Below the pieces are notes generated by a model. It ran no database searches. It was given only the letters and a program-made list of their open reading frames with translations, and was not told the origin of the DNA. A stretch of 62,937 nt of DNA, the filler included, from Octopus bimaculoides (Eukaryota), in NCBI RefSeq assembly GCF_001194135.2. It is 3 parts of 3 records of this genome, joined end to end, with 100 filler letters (N's around TTAATTAATTAA, not from the genome) between each part and the next. Parts side by side here need not be neighbours in the genome. Positions count along the whole stretch, not along the records: positions 28,937 to 58,132 come from NC_068988.1; 2 more parts are not named here. One strand, written 5' to 3'. Made by a program: the position numbers and the translations under genes. This document shows positions 40,480 through 52,091 of this stretch, piece by piece. Each line of letters begins with the position of its first letter. Position 1 is the first letter of the stretch.

Positions 40480-42110
40480 TTTCAGCGAAAGTACTTTGCG
40501 TTTTCTGCTGAGTCGCGACAGGTCGTCGAGCTGGGAACTAAAGTCAGCTAACTTTTCCTATCCGTCGCTTTCCCCGAACATCTGCTCGGAACCGAGTAGC
40601 ACGTGCCCGTCCCGATCCGTCAAAGACCTCTTTGTGGCTTTTCGTTGCCACATCATGCCTCCACCGCTCGGACCCATCGGAGGGCCTTTATCCCATCACA
40701 TTTAAATGTAAATACCCTGACAACAGACCCTTCGTATTCGTGTATGAAAACATGGTCAAGTGTTGCTTCCGCAGCTAGTACAGCGATCGCGATATCTTTA
40801 CTAGTTGCCTCCCTCAAAACTGTTCCGCTCTATTGAGAGCCCTTTACTAAACGCTATCGATTCTGATAGAATCACTTTCTTTAGGGCGACCCGGTTGTTG
40901 ACGATTGCTCATGTCAACCACCTTTAAACTAATACACTATTCTACTCTCTGTAGTCGTTGCATGCCGGTATGGACATGTTCAACTTCCAGACATTAGGTT
41001 CCTGTCTATGGCTACTAAGTCGGCTGAGCAGATCACACATTTGTGATCTGTGCAGCCGACCAGTTGAACTATGGGCATCTTACACTACTCATTAACCACT
41101 GGCCTAATAAATACTTTATCTAGATCCGATCTTGTTGTTTCGCTGTAGTTACTCCATGTCCATACTAGCATATCAGGGAAGTCCAGTCAAAACCTGTGAA
41201 ACTCTTGGAAACGTTTGAACAGGTATTCAAGGCCTTTGTCCTCTTTCTCCTATGCGTGAGCTTCATACAGTCCTTAATTGCGTCTAAAATACAATTCCAA
41301 TCCCTTACTAATAGTAATCGGAACGTCTCAAGGAAAGCTTCAAGACATCTGAAGAAATCATACTGCCCCGCCCCAACAGGGGTCGGACGGGTCACAAGTT
41401 TTGAGGCACTCGCATTGTTGCCATTTACGTCAATGACCACCAACATACCAACCGGGTCCAGGAAGATTACTCGTACTTTGATATGTGAGGATTTCCAGTA
41501 TAACACGGCCACCTTGCTGTCTGATCTGGATAGACCACGTGATATATGAAGGTTTCCTTAGCGGTTCGGGTGGTAGTTTGCGGGTGTTGTGGAGCTGAAA
41601 AAGAGTCTACCATTTGATAGGGATGCGAAATATATATTTTTTTTTTTTTTACCAAGTATGTTATGTTGTGTTCATTGTCTAAACTGCTTCAGGGAATATA
41701 CGAGTAAATCCCTTGTGGAACATGGTGTGACTGTTAATTAAGACGTGCCGTGAATGTGGTGGAACATACCTGAGAGTATGATATCAGCTGATTTAAAGAA
41801 CCTTTGGGTCCAGGATGAAAAGGCATCATTGTGCATTTGTGGAAGTTTAGTAGCTAGAACGCATGAAGCAATATACGAGTGATCCGATAGGTACAGAGAC
41901 AGTGATAATTTCATCGCGGTGAGTTTGAAAGTTAGAAAATGATAGTGTTCAGAGTGTCTATAATAGTGAAGGATGCGTATAGAAGAAACTAACTGATGTA
42001 AATAATTGAAGGCTGTGAAAGATTCGGTTTCTGCATCGGCGGTATCAGTGAAAGCCATGAAAAGATGTGAGCAATGAAGTCATAAGAAATGATGGCTTCA
42101 CAAAGAATTA
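40480..42110 (-). mobile_element. L1/Tx1-like LINE remnant (ORF1 end, APE endonuclease, start of RT)
   Basis: 41165-41512 translates to VAVL...G.LVVIDV...FF..LE.FL...LLLV.DWNCILD, an APE endonuclease. The downstream segment resembles the linker before RT. Many stops. Confidence 0.65.
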
Positions 42111-42346
42111 TGAAGGTGAATGGAATATATGAACTTAGTACAGATAACTTACATTATTTTTGAATTGTGCATGCAAAAACATATAAGATACAGGTATTCT
42201 TTTTTGTGGGGACAAATTCTTGACCAGTGTTATTCTTATCGTAGCTTACAAATCCAAACACGAAAACGTTACTCAACTTTGAAGTTTTGGAGACAGACGC
42301 CCCCTTTTCACACACACACACACACACATACACACACACACACACA

Positions 42347-42392
<46 letters not shown>

Positions 42393-42600
42393 NNNNNNNN
42401 NNNNNNNNNNNNNNNNNNNNNNNNNNNNNNNNNNNNTGCATAAAGTCTTCGATGATATAATGATACCAGAAATAAATCACTGCTTTAATCCCCTCTCAAA
42501 AAAACTACCATCCAATGAGTGGAACACCTCAAACAGCACGTTTTCACTCAAAACAACAACTCAAATGGAATAAAGAATACACGCATCACAACAATAACAC

Positions 42601-42638
<38 letters not shown>

Positions 42639-42714
42639 CTTACAATATATCCTATTGTTAAGAACATTTTACACAATCAGTCAATAAAACTCAAATGGGA
42701 TAATGAGTACACAC

Positions 42715-43084
42715 TTTATCCGCCTAAACAATGCAACGGGACCCGCTTGTTAATCAAGTCTCTGGCACCCCACTTTATTGAGTTTACTGGGTGCGGGAGG
42801 AGGGAAAATGTTTTCATTTCAAGGATGCACCTTTATCCCTCGGGGTCAGACATGCCGTTTAACTTCCGCAGATCGCAGTTCCCGGTGAAGCCATGCTTCG
42901 CCATGTCTATCAGCAAATCCTAAGGACAAAAACACTATCGGTGGCGGGCATTCATTTGGGGAAGCTGTGCTTTTCCCATGGGCAACTTTATGTGGCCTGC
43001 TCCCGTGTGGGTAGTAGAAACGCTCTTTTTGTGTATGCTCCTCAGGGCAGAAAACGCAATGTTGTCTATAGCGAAGTTTTATAG
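42715..43084 (+). mobile_element. Helitron PIF1-type helicase C-terminal fragment
   Basis: CNGTRL.IKSL, VFISR..L.PS.SDMPF.FRR.QFPVK.CFAMSISKS*GQTLSVAGI.L...CFSHGQLYVACSRVGS..L.VYAP.G...NVVY.EVL. Confidence 0.93.
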
Positions 43085-43365
43085 ACGTAGAAAGACGAAC
43101 AAGTCATCATTGCAGCCTATGTGGTTATAAACAGGTGATCCGGAAGTATTGGTCGGACATATTCTGAAACCATGGCAACATGACTCATAGGTTCTTCCTC
43201 TTCTTTATTGGACAATGCTGACTTCTCCAACAACAATGTTCACTCGGCCGATATCAGCTCTTGGCCAAGTTGCTCACAGAGTTAGGCTAGAAGGGCCAGG
43301 CCCCTTATTTTTTGTTAAGGCTGTTGGTAAGTTTTCCTTAGTTACTCCAATCTGGATCCCCAATA

Positions 43366-43585
43366 CAAACCTTCGAATCAACCTTCTCCAATGCAGATCT
43401 CTAATGCAACCTTACCCAATCCAAATCTTTGAGTCAACCTTTTTCACTGCAGATCTCCAATGCAAACCTTCGATGCATCCTTATCCAGTGCAAACCTTCG
43501 ATGCAACCTTCTCCAATGCAGATCTTCGAGGCAGATCTCCGAGGCAACCTTCTCCAATGCAGATCTTAGATGCGGCCTTTGCCGA
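43366..43585. repeat. Degenerate ~28-bp minisatellite built from 13-15 bp subunits
   Basis: Units such as caaaccttcgatgcaaccttctccaatg and cagatctccgaggcaaccttctccaatg, about 8 copies. Confidence 0.75.
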
Positions 43586-44212
43586 TAGTACCCCTAGGAG
43601 GAGTTAGGGCTAGATCGGAATTACTCCCGAGCCCCCTTTCGTGAGGTTAGCTTAGGCTTAGGTTAAGGCTTAGTTGTGATCTGAACATAACCTCTTCTGA
43701 TACAGAGGATTGGGAGCCCTTTTAGGCGTTCTATTTTCCTTGCCGGAAGAGCTCCCAACCCATAGGCCAAGGGGGGTTAGATGAGGGTGGGGATCGAAAG
43801 GGCCGGCATGTGCAACCTGATCACCTCTGCCGGTCAAACTCCCAACCCATGCGTTCCCGTCGTAACACTGATTCTGCAGAACTGGGTTGGATGTGAAAAC
43901 CAACTTTAAAGTATAAAAATAGATTTTTTTGAATCAGCAGTGTTGTGTTCGGTTAAGTCCTATTTGGGGTGAAAAATCAGATTCAATAAGATGTTTAATC
44001 TTTTCAGTTTTCCTTGTTTTTTCCGTTTTCGTGTTTATTAATTTTATCATTTTTTTTTCTTTGTTTTATTGATGGTTAACCAATTTCTTTAGTTGGGGGA
44101 GATAACCACAAGTACCGATATTTTTCATAAAACGGGGGAGGTAACCCAATTTTTTAATGGGGCTGAGATAACCAATAAGTACCAATAGCTCCTTTCCCCA
44201 GAAAAAGGAAAG

Positions 44213-44321
44213 TTTGGCTGCTATTTCTTGCACGCCCTGCTACCACGTAACAGATATTTCGGGTCCTTTATCGGAAATAGCTATTACGTGGTAGCAGGGC
44301 ATGCTAGAAGTAGCAGCCAAA
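44213..44321. mobile_element. Small foldback/MITE-like hairpin
   Basis: 38-bp arms tttggctgctatttcttgcacgccctgctaccacgtaa and ttacgtggtagcagggcatgctagaagtagcagccaaa with 3 mismatches, plus an inner stem. Confidence 0.8.
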
Positions 44322-45413
44322 TCTTTGGAGCTGAGATACGTTGAATGCACTCGAAAAACTTTTTGTAACAGTATTCCCTTGAGGCGATCATTCACTTATT
44401 TAGTTTTGTTTTAGAGTGAAAGAGGAGAAAGTGAAAGATGTATGAACATGTATATGAAATGGACGTGTGTGTGTGAGAGAGAGAGAGGGAGGAGAGTGCC
44501 ACTAACACATACATGAGAACGCACACGTTCATTCACTTACTCTTTCTCTCTCTCACACAGACACACACTCACACACATATGCACACGTACATACAAAAGT
44601 GATGTACACATATGTATTGATGTATGTACGTATACATGACCACACACCCCTTCACCCACTCTTTCTATCTATCTCTCTTTTTCTCTTTCTTTCTCTTTCT
44701 TCCTCTGTCTCTCTCTTTCTCACACTCTCTCTCTCTCTATTTCTCTCTCTCTTTTACACACACACGTCTATTTCATAAACACGCACATACATCTTTCGCT
44801 TTCTCGTCTCTTTCACTTTAAAACAAAAGTAAATAGAAATTTTTTACGGAAATTAACGAACTCGGGATGACAATTCTGAGAGTCAAAGCGAAAATCGCCA
44901 TTCATTTGAAAATAATTTTTAAAAAAACCATTAAAATATTGTCTGTTTAAAGAAAGCTAAAATATAAATACTTAGTTTACAGACAACTTACATTTTTGAA
45001 TTCACGTTCAGTTAAAAACATTTCTAAAAGATTGAAATATTGTGTACGTCAAATTGTCGACGTTTTTGTTTGTTTGTTTTTTCTTATATAGCGCGAAGAC
45101 TGTGCGTGTGTATATGTCACAGTCAGAGGACGTGTGTTTGTGTTGATTGACACGCCATGATATTCATTATATGTGTGTGTATTCTGTATGTGTGTTGACG
45201 TCACGGAAGCCATGTCCTTTTTTCGTCAAGAAATAACAAAGAAAAATTGTGTTTAATCGTTTTCATTAATAAATAGAGGTCCAAATACACAAAAATTTGT
45301 ATTGCACTGCCGAAGGTAAGTATGAAAATAAATATGCAATAAAAATTAAGATAAAATATACTATTTCTGAGATATTTTGGGTACACACAAACATCTCTAG
45401 AGTTCTAGTATTA

Positions 45414-45452
<39 letters not shown>

Positions 45453-46419
45453 GTATGTATGTATGTATGTATGTATGTATGTATGTATGTACGTACGTAT
45501 GTACTCAAGCGCGCACACATACGAACACAAACACGTGCACACTATATTTTACATAACGAGGCTCATATAACTGCTTCTAAATAATGCAATGCATTTGTTT
45601 TTGAATGAGTAATTTGATAAACATTTTCATACACATGATTTGGAGAGTGAGAGAAAAAAAAACAGAGTGCAAGCAAAAGGGAATAGAAAGGAAAATAGAC
45701 AGAAAGATATGTGCCTTCAACAGTATTTTAAGCTTGTCCTCTGTTTTCTGCATATTACTCGATGCAGCCAGCTTACATACGACAGGCTGGTTTCGTCGAA
45801 AGCTTTAATATTAGCGCTAGGATGAAAAAATATCGAATAGATTACATCAAACCATCATTTTTCAGGCATTTTCAGACTTAATTGCAAAACAATTTCTGGT
45901 AGACATTAGTTTTTGTGGCTTATCAAAAGTTTGTGGGAAACATTTTAAGCCAGAGGAATTAAGTGATAGCCACAAACGTATTCTGTGCAACAGTAATCAA
46001 TGAGTAATTCCTTGTTCTCTTCAGCATTTATTTTAACATCTAGCACAAAACTGTGGCAAGATTGAAAGTAACGATTAAATTACTTATGTCTCCGAAGACT
46101 ACTTGTTCTGGCAAACTGCGATCAGCTATCGGTTAATCATAAATTAGTTTACCAGGCAAGAATCATATCTAGATGTTTGGCACAACATTTTCTCGGCAAT
46201 AAGTTGACGTTCATAAGGAATGTTTGCACAGGTAAGATTAAATATGTTTTATTAGAAAATGATGTTTAATAAAAAGAATTTCGGTTTGTTTGTTGCTTTG
46301 TTGTTGTTGTTGTTTTGCTTCTTCTTTTTTCATTTACTTTAGTTCGATGCAGTTTTCAACATATGAAACTACACTTAACCTGTTAAATTTCAGAGTAATA
46401 ACTTCAGAACACAAACAGA

Positions 46420-46509
<90 letters not shown>

Positions 46510-46860
46510 TCTCTCAAACTTGAAACCTATTTAATGGATCCCAATATTCCTCTGAAAGTTCTTGATTGTTTCATACGATTTCCCTTAGCAAAGATTACTT
46601 TAATAATCTGAAATTTTTTGAAATTAAATTTATAATGAACTCTTAAGAAGAAAGTCGAATGCATTCTCATTTGCTGGTAAACATGTAATTGTCTGAACCA
46701 TGAGTTAAATTTTGTTTCTGAAATTAGGCACAAATATTTCTCTTCTACCCGTCTTCATTTATTTGTCACCTCTTTTGAGTTAACTCATATAGTTTCAGTA
46801 ACTTGACAGAGATTAGCTATTTCGTCTAATATCTAAATTCATTTAATATAAACATTTTGT

Positions 46861-46991
46861 GGCACTACTTAAATACAGAGGTCCCGTGGGGTTAGGGATA
46901 GTTTTTAGGGTTAGTTTTAGGGTTAGTTAGGATTAGGGTTAGGGTTAGTTTTGGGGTTAGTTTTTAGGGACCTCTGAATTTAAGTAGTACC
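46861..46991. mobile_element. Inverted-repeat element enclosing degenerate TTAGGG repeats
   Basis: 25-bp arms (46861-46885 and 46967-46991, 2 mismatches) around about 80 bp of ttaggg/ttagttt variants. Confidence 0.75.
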
Positions 46992-47324
46992 CATTTTGGT
47001 AGCTGTTAATTCTTGTCTATTCATGGAATCAAGATATCTTGTTAAATTCAACATTAATAAAAATTTCCTATTTCTACGTTTCAATAGTATTCGGCTGAAC
47101 TGTAACTGTCGATGTCTTACAGTAACACTCAACTAACGATATATTCAACACTTCAGTGTTAAGCAAATAATTTACAGTCATGTATGCTATCTAAGCGATG
47201 AGCAGCCAAATTATGTCTTCCTTCGAATAGTATTCCTCAAATTCAAATATTTCGAATTCTCCAATAGAAAAGAAAGTACCTGAGTGAGAATTTTAATTCT
47301 TAATTCCAGGGGTTATTTTAATTT

Positions 47325-50110
47325 TTTTTTATCTAGTTTCAGTCCAAGGATTGTGGCCAAGCTGGGGCAACGCCAACTGGTGTTGCTACACTTTCATTAA
47401 TCTCCTTTAATAGTTGGCATTTGGTGAGTGAGTGAGTTTGATGCTGCGCTCACTCCTGTTTTCTGCTGTGACTCTTGACAGTAAGAGATCCACTTTCGCT
47501 TTGAAGAGATCTACATCCGCACCATGTAGATCTTTTCTTCAGGAGGATATTGAAGAACTGTGGACCCTTAAATTTCAAGGTATTGCAGTATCTGGTCCTG
47601 TATTTTGACATCGGGGTGGGGGGGCACTATGTAATGGCGCCCTGTTCTGACGTTTGTATAACTTTCAACGCCAAAGTCTGGGACAAGCTCTTCCCGGAAC
47701 ATCTAAATGTATATTACAGCAAATCTTTCTTGCCTTCGTTCCAGGGAGTAAAGTTTTAACCTCTTGGGTCTTTCGCAGTAACTAATCTGCTTCTATGAGG
47801 CTCTTCCCCGTACAGCTTCGCTGAACCGCTTCGAGTTCTGCTATTAATTTCACGCTAGGCAGTGGCCACAGTAGGGAGCAATAGTCAAGACGGTTTTGGA
47901 GAAATGTCCTCCAGAGGACCATTAAGGTTTCCTGCTCTCTTGTTCTGAAAGTTCTAAGAATCCATCCAGTCAGCCGCCTACATTTCTTTGCCAACTTAGT
48001 AATATGTACATGGAAAATTGCATCACTACTCATGTCAATGCCCGATTCATGCTCTGACTGGGATCCTGGAACTGCGATTCCTCCAGATTTTGTTTGCATC
48101 GGATTTAACTTAATCTGCTGATAGCATCGAGCTTGTAACTTTCCAGCATTAAACTGCATATTATAATCGTCAGCCCACTTGTATATTGTATCTAACCTTT
48201 ATTGCAGGTGCATGCCATCTTAAGGGTTTCTGTTACCTGTGAAACTTTTGTATCATCTGCACAGCTCGTGAGGGTGGCTTTCTGTGCGGATGCTAGCATA
48301 TCTAAGAGGACCACTATGATCGGCAGTGGCCACAAAACAGTGCCCTATAGGACACCGCTCATTATTTGTTTCTTTGGAGTAACCTCGTTGCCTACTACCG
48401 CTTGATTTCTATCTTTCAGAAACTCATGCAACCACTCTCCTAGTTCCCCAACTATGCCGAGATTATGCAGCTTTTGAAATATCATTCCATGGACTTTATC
48501 GAAGGCCTTCGCAAAGTCGAGTTAAATCACATCCACATTTGAGTGGTAAAGCAGCTGTTTCAACACCCAGTTATAATATTGCAAGAGCTGGGTATCAGTC
48601 AGCAAGTCATTTTCTTCCAGGAACGTGATTAGTTTACTTCGGACTATCCGTTCTATAACTTTCCTGGTATGCGGGATTAGAGAAATAGGCCTATAGTTTT
48701 TGGCATCCGCTCTGTTATCTCTTTTATGAATAAGCATATTATTCCTTCCGTCAACCTACCTGGGAGCTTGCCACTTGCAAAGAAACTCTGTTAGACTGCA
48801 GTGGCTTTTCTAGGGCTCGTTTATACGATTTTAGAAAGATTGCTGGGAAGCCATCAGAGCCAGCAATTGAGTTTGGGCTTATTTCGCCTATGGACAGCAT
48901 TACACCCGTTATATCAATGTAATCAATTGTTACTGCCTCCTATTTTAAATCGACAGGTTTTCTGACTTGCATGTGCTACAAGGGTTGGGTGACAATACTT
49001 TTGAATTGTTCATTCAGCGTTTCACCTTTCCTGTCAAGGAGCCATCTTCTTGGAGCACTGAGGCAGTTTCTTTGACGAACTTAAAGAAGTTTTGGGGTTT
49101 GATTTTATATTTTATATAACCCAGGCTTCTTTGTCTGCTCTCTCTCTTTTTCATGGGAGCATTAAAGGTGTTTCTCAATCTCCAGCAGTGTTGTTTTTGG
49201 GCGGGACTTTTCACTGCCATTGAGTTCTCTGTTTATGCGGTTTGCAATCATTGTACGCCATCTTATATTCGTTTACTATATGTTGTTTTACACCTATTAC
49301 ACTTTTTTTTTTCATTTTTATGCTCGGGTCAAAAACTGGAAGTTAACCGAACTTTTCTTTCCCTGGGAATTTTGTTCTTATGTACAGTGGCCTTTCTCTC
49401 CTAGACAAATTTGTAACATACGGCTTGCATCAAGGACATGCGGTCTTTAAGTTTCATGTCAATGTCAGGTTTGTAGAGATGTTGAGGTCAGTCCTATTTT
49501 AAGATCTCTTTCTCAATGGATTTCCAATCTGCTTTATGAAAGTTCAGATTGGATAAATTTTGGATGCTTCTCATAGGCTGCATGTCTGCGGATTTCTTTG
49601 GTCCACACATGGTTAGCTCTATTATATTGTGATCTGAGACTAGCATCGGTGTCACTTTCACATTATATATATATCCATATTGTTTGTGAAACAGAGATCA
49701 AGTATATTGTTTGCCCTGGTTGGTTGGAGTACTACCTGCTCCATGTATAACGTGTTGATGAGGTTGAGAAGGGAATCCACCAGTCTTTATTCACACCGCA
49801 TTATTCCTTAAAGGAAATTGCCCCCAAGTCATCCTACATTGGGCAGTACTATGAGAAGTACACTGATGTGTTGCTCTAATTTAGTTAGGACTTCTATTTT
49901 TGCAGGATAGTCTTCAAATATGCCCGTCTGATTTGGCGCATCTGGTGGGCGATAAGTAGAACATTTAACCATATCGCGTAGTTTTATTTCTACAATTAGT
50001 GTTATACACACGGTTTAAATATGACAAAAGGACCTTGGGCATGAGATCTTCACGGATGTACATTGCAACTCCACTATGACTCCTGTCTTTTCTGACCTAT
50101 TGCTTTGCTA
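47325..50110 (-). mobile_element. CR1-like LINE (endonuclease, RT, 3' UTR), heavily decayed
   Basis: STYRPPDAP (endonuclease); AKNYRPISL...KVIERIVRSKL.TFLEENDLL.DTQ; LDFAKAFDKV; GVL.GTVLWPL; LDYCS.LW (RT region). Confidence 0.88.
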
Positions 50111-50430
50111 TGTTTAACCTTCAGCCAATTTTATCAAACAAATGAGCAATAAATGTATTTTACGATATGTTTGCAACAAACCATTTAAGTCCATAAAACT
50201 TTTAAAACCGAATATATCTTTAACTGACTTTTTATTCCACAGAAAAATTCTTTCAAAAATTATAACAAATGCTGACAGGTGCATAGAAATTGCATGTAGA
50301 ATAAAATTAAAATGTTTAATGTTACAGCAATAAAATTATTTTACAAATTTTCTAAAGTTTTTAATTAAATATTGGAATATATGTTCTCAAACACAGCTTA
50401 TTAGATCTTCTGGAACATTAGATAATTTGT

Positions 50431-51105
50431 TCAATTTTTCAAAATTAAGTCGAAATGATGTCTAGCTTCATTAAAAAGCTGTATAGAACAAATGGACACG
50501 TTGGGCCCGATACCATGCGGGGTAGTAGAGGACCAGAAATACGGAGTTTCATTTCCTCCTGTCAGAATATCTATTCTTCGGTGAAACAGATGTGCAGCAG
50601 CATATATTTCACACTCAGTAGCGCAAGTGTTAGTTTCTAACATTGATTTGATGTGTTCCAGTACAGGAACTTTCGGTTGTGGTGCTGGATGTTCATCGAT
50701 ATACAAACAGTACAAGTAATTCGCTACCAACACTCTGAATTGTCTGTGATATTTCGTACTACCAGTAAAATACTGAGACAAACATCGAAAGAAGGAGTTT
50801 CCGTCCTTAATTTGAAGAAGAATTTTCCATTGAGGGTTTTTGGTTTCTGGTGCTATTTGCTGTTCTGGACCATGTGGCATAAAATAAAACACTGGTTGAT
50901 TAAGCGAATCATTAGATTCTATTTCCCACAAATTGGCTGTCTGAGTTGACAATTCTTTCGATTCAGCATCTTTCTTTTGTAAGGCTTTTTGCTTCTGATA
51001 CTCATCATATACTTGGTGTTTTTCTGGATCACAGAGACATTCTTCTATATGTTGTTGACAAAGGGGTTTAGAACTATCATTTACCTGGCTAGAATCTCCC
51101 TCCAT
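50431..51105 (-). CDS. Single-exon ORF (224 aa) with C-terminal OTU-like domain, catalytic Cys replaced by Ser
   Basis: Motifs KDGNSFFRCLSQYFTGSTKYHRQFR, ATECEIYAAAHLFHRRIDIL and QLFNEARHHFDLIL match the OTU Cys-box, central helix and His-box. Real ATG at 51105. AATAAA on the minus strand at about 50231-50236, roughly 195 nt after the stop. Confidence 0.88.
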   Translation of the reverse strand: MEGDSSQVNDSSKPLCQQHIEECLCDPEKHQVYDEYQKQKALQKKDAESKELSTQTANLWEIESNDSLNQPVFYFMPHGPEQQIAPETKNPQWKILLQIKDGNSFFRCLSQYFTGSTKYHRQFRVLVANYLYCLYIDEHPAPQPKVPVLEHIKSMLETNTCATECEIYAAAHLFHRRIDILTGGNETPYFWSSTTPHGIGPNVSICSIQLFNEARHHFDLILKN

Positions 51106-52091
51106 TTGCTGATTCCAAAGATAGAACAGGGTAAAAAGAGTGTAATTTTTCTTATTTTTATGAAACTGAAATTTTCACATTATTTACTTATAACCAATAA
51201 CTTTACACATATGAGTAACTTATGACGTAGTTCTGTTGTTAGCAACAGTTACATGTAAACAGATTTTGCTATCCTTACAAGTAAGAATGCGTAATATTTC
51301 CTACTCGTAACAATACACGATAATCTTCGTTTCAGCTCAATACAATTTTAGAATATTATCAAATAGAGAAATATACGTGGACAGGTACATAGATTGATAG
51401 ACAGACTATATACATGCAGACATCCACAAACATGTGTGTCAATATCAGCCAGTCTATCTGTTTGTCTGTGCATTTGCTTGTGTGTATGTGTGTGTGTGTG
51501 TGTGTGCTTAAATGCATGTATCTAGTTAAGTCAATCGAAGGAGCGATGAGCTAGCTCTACCTACAGCTTTTTTCTACTCATGAGATAGAAAACTAGAATA
51601 ATCTCGATCTCAGAGCTTGCAAACGATTCAAATAAAACACGTATAGCTGTCATTTGTAAGTCGAGTGCTAAACAGTTTTGATTTTGGGGTGAAAGCTATT
51701 TCCTTCGGGGGATGGCACAGATTACTTTGTGAAAGGTATGAATAGCACAACACCTTATTTTCCTTCCATGTCAATATAAGAATGTGTGTGTATGCGCGTG
51801 CACACGTGTATGTATGTTTGTTATGAATTATAATATCCTATCTTTAATTCCTTTCTACAAGAGTAAATAATAGACAAAAAATATAGATATCTTATTTTGT
51901 ATTGAGTACGAAAATGCGACATACTGTCGAGTGACGTTGATAGATGGATACTGTCTTTACTTAATAAAAACAACGCGTCTCAATCATTGGACAGCAGTCA
52001 TGAACGGATTAGACGGCGAGCAGAAATAAAGCTTGAATAAAAGCCTTCTTTGAACTGGTTTATGACAAATTTTATTCAAACTTCATTCTAA

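Noticed and set aside
43366-43585. CRISPR-like array
   Set aside because: Eukaryotic context, no unique spacers and no cas genes. It is a tandem minisatellite.
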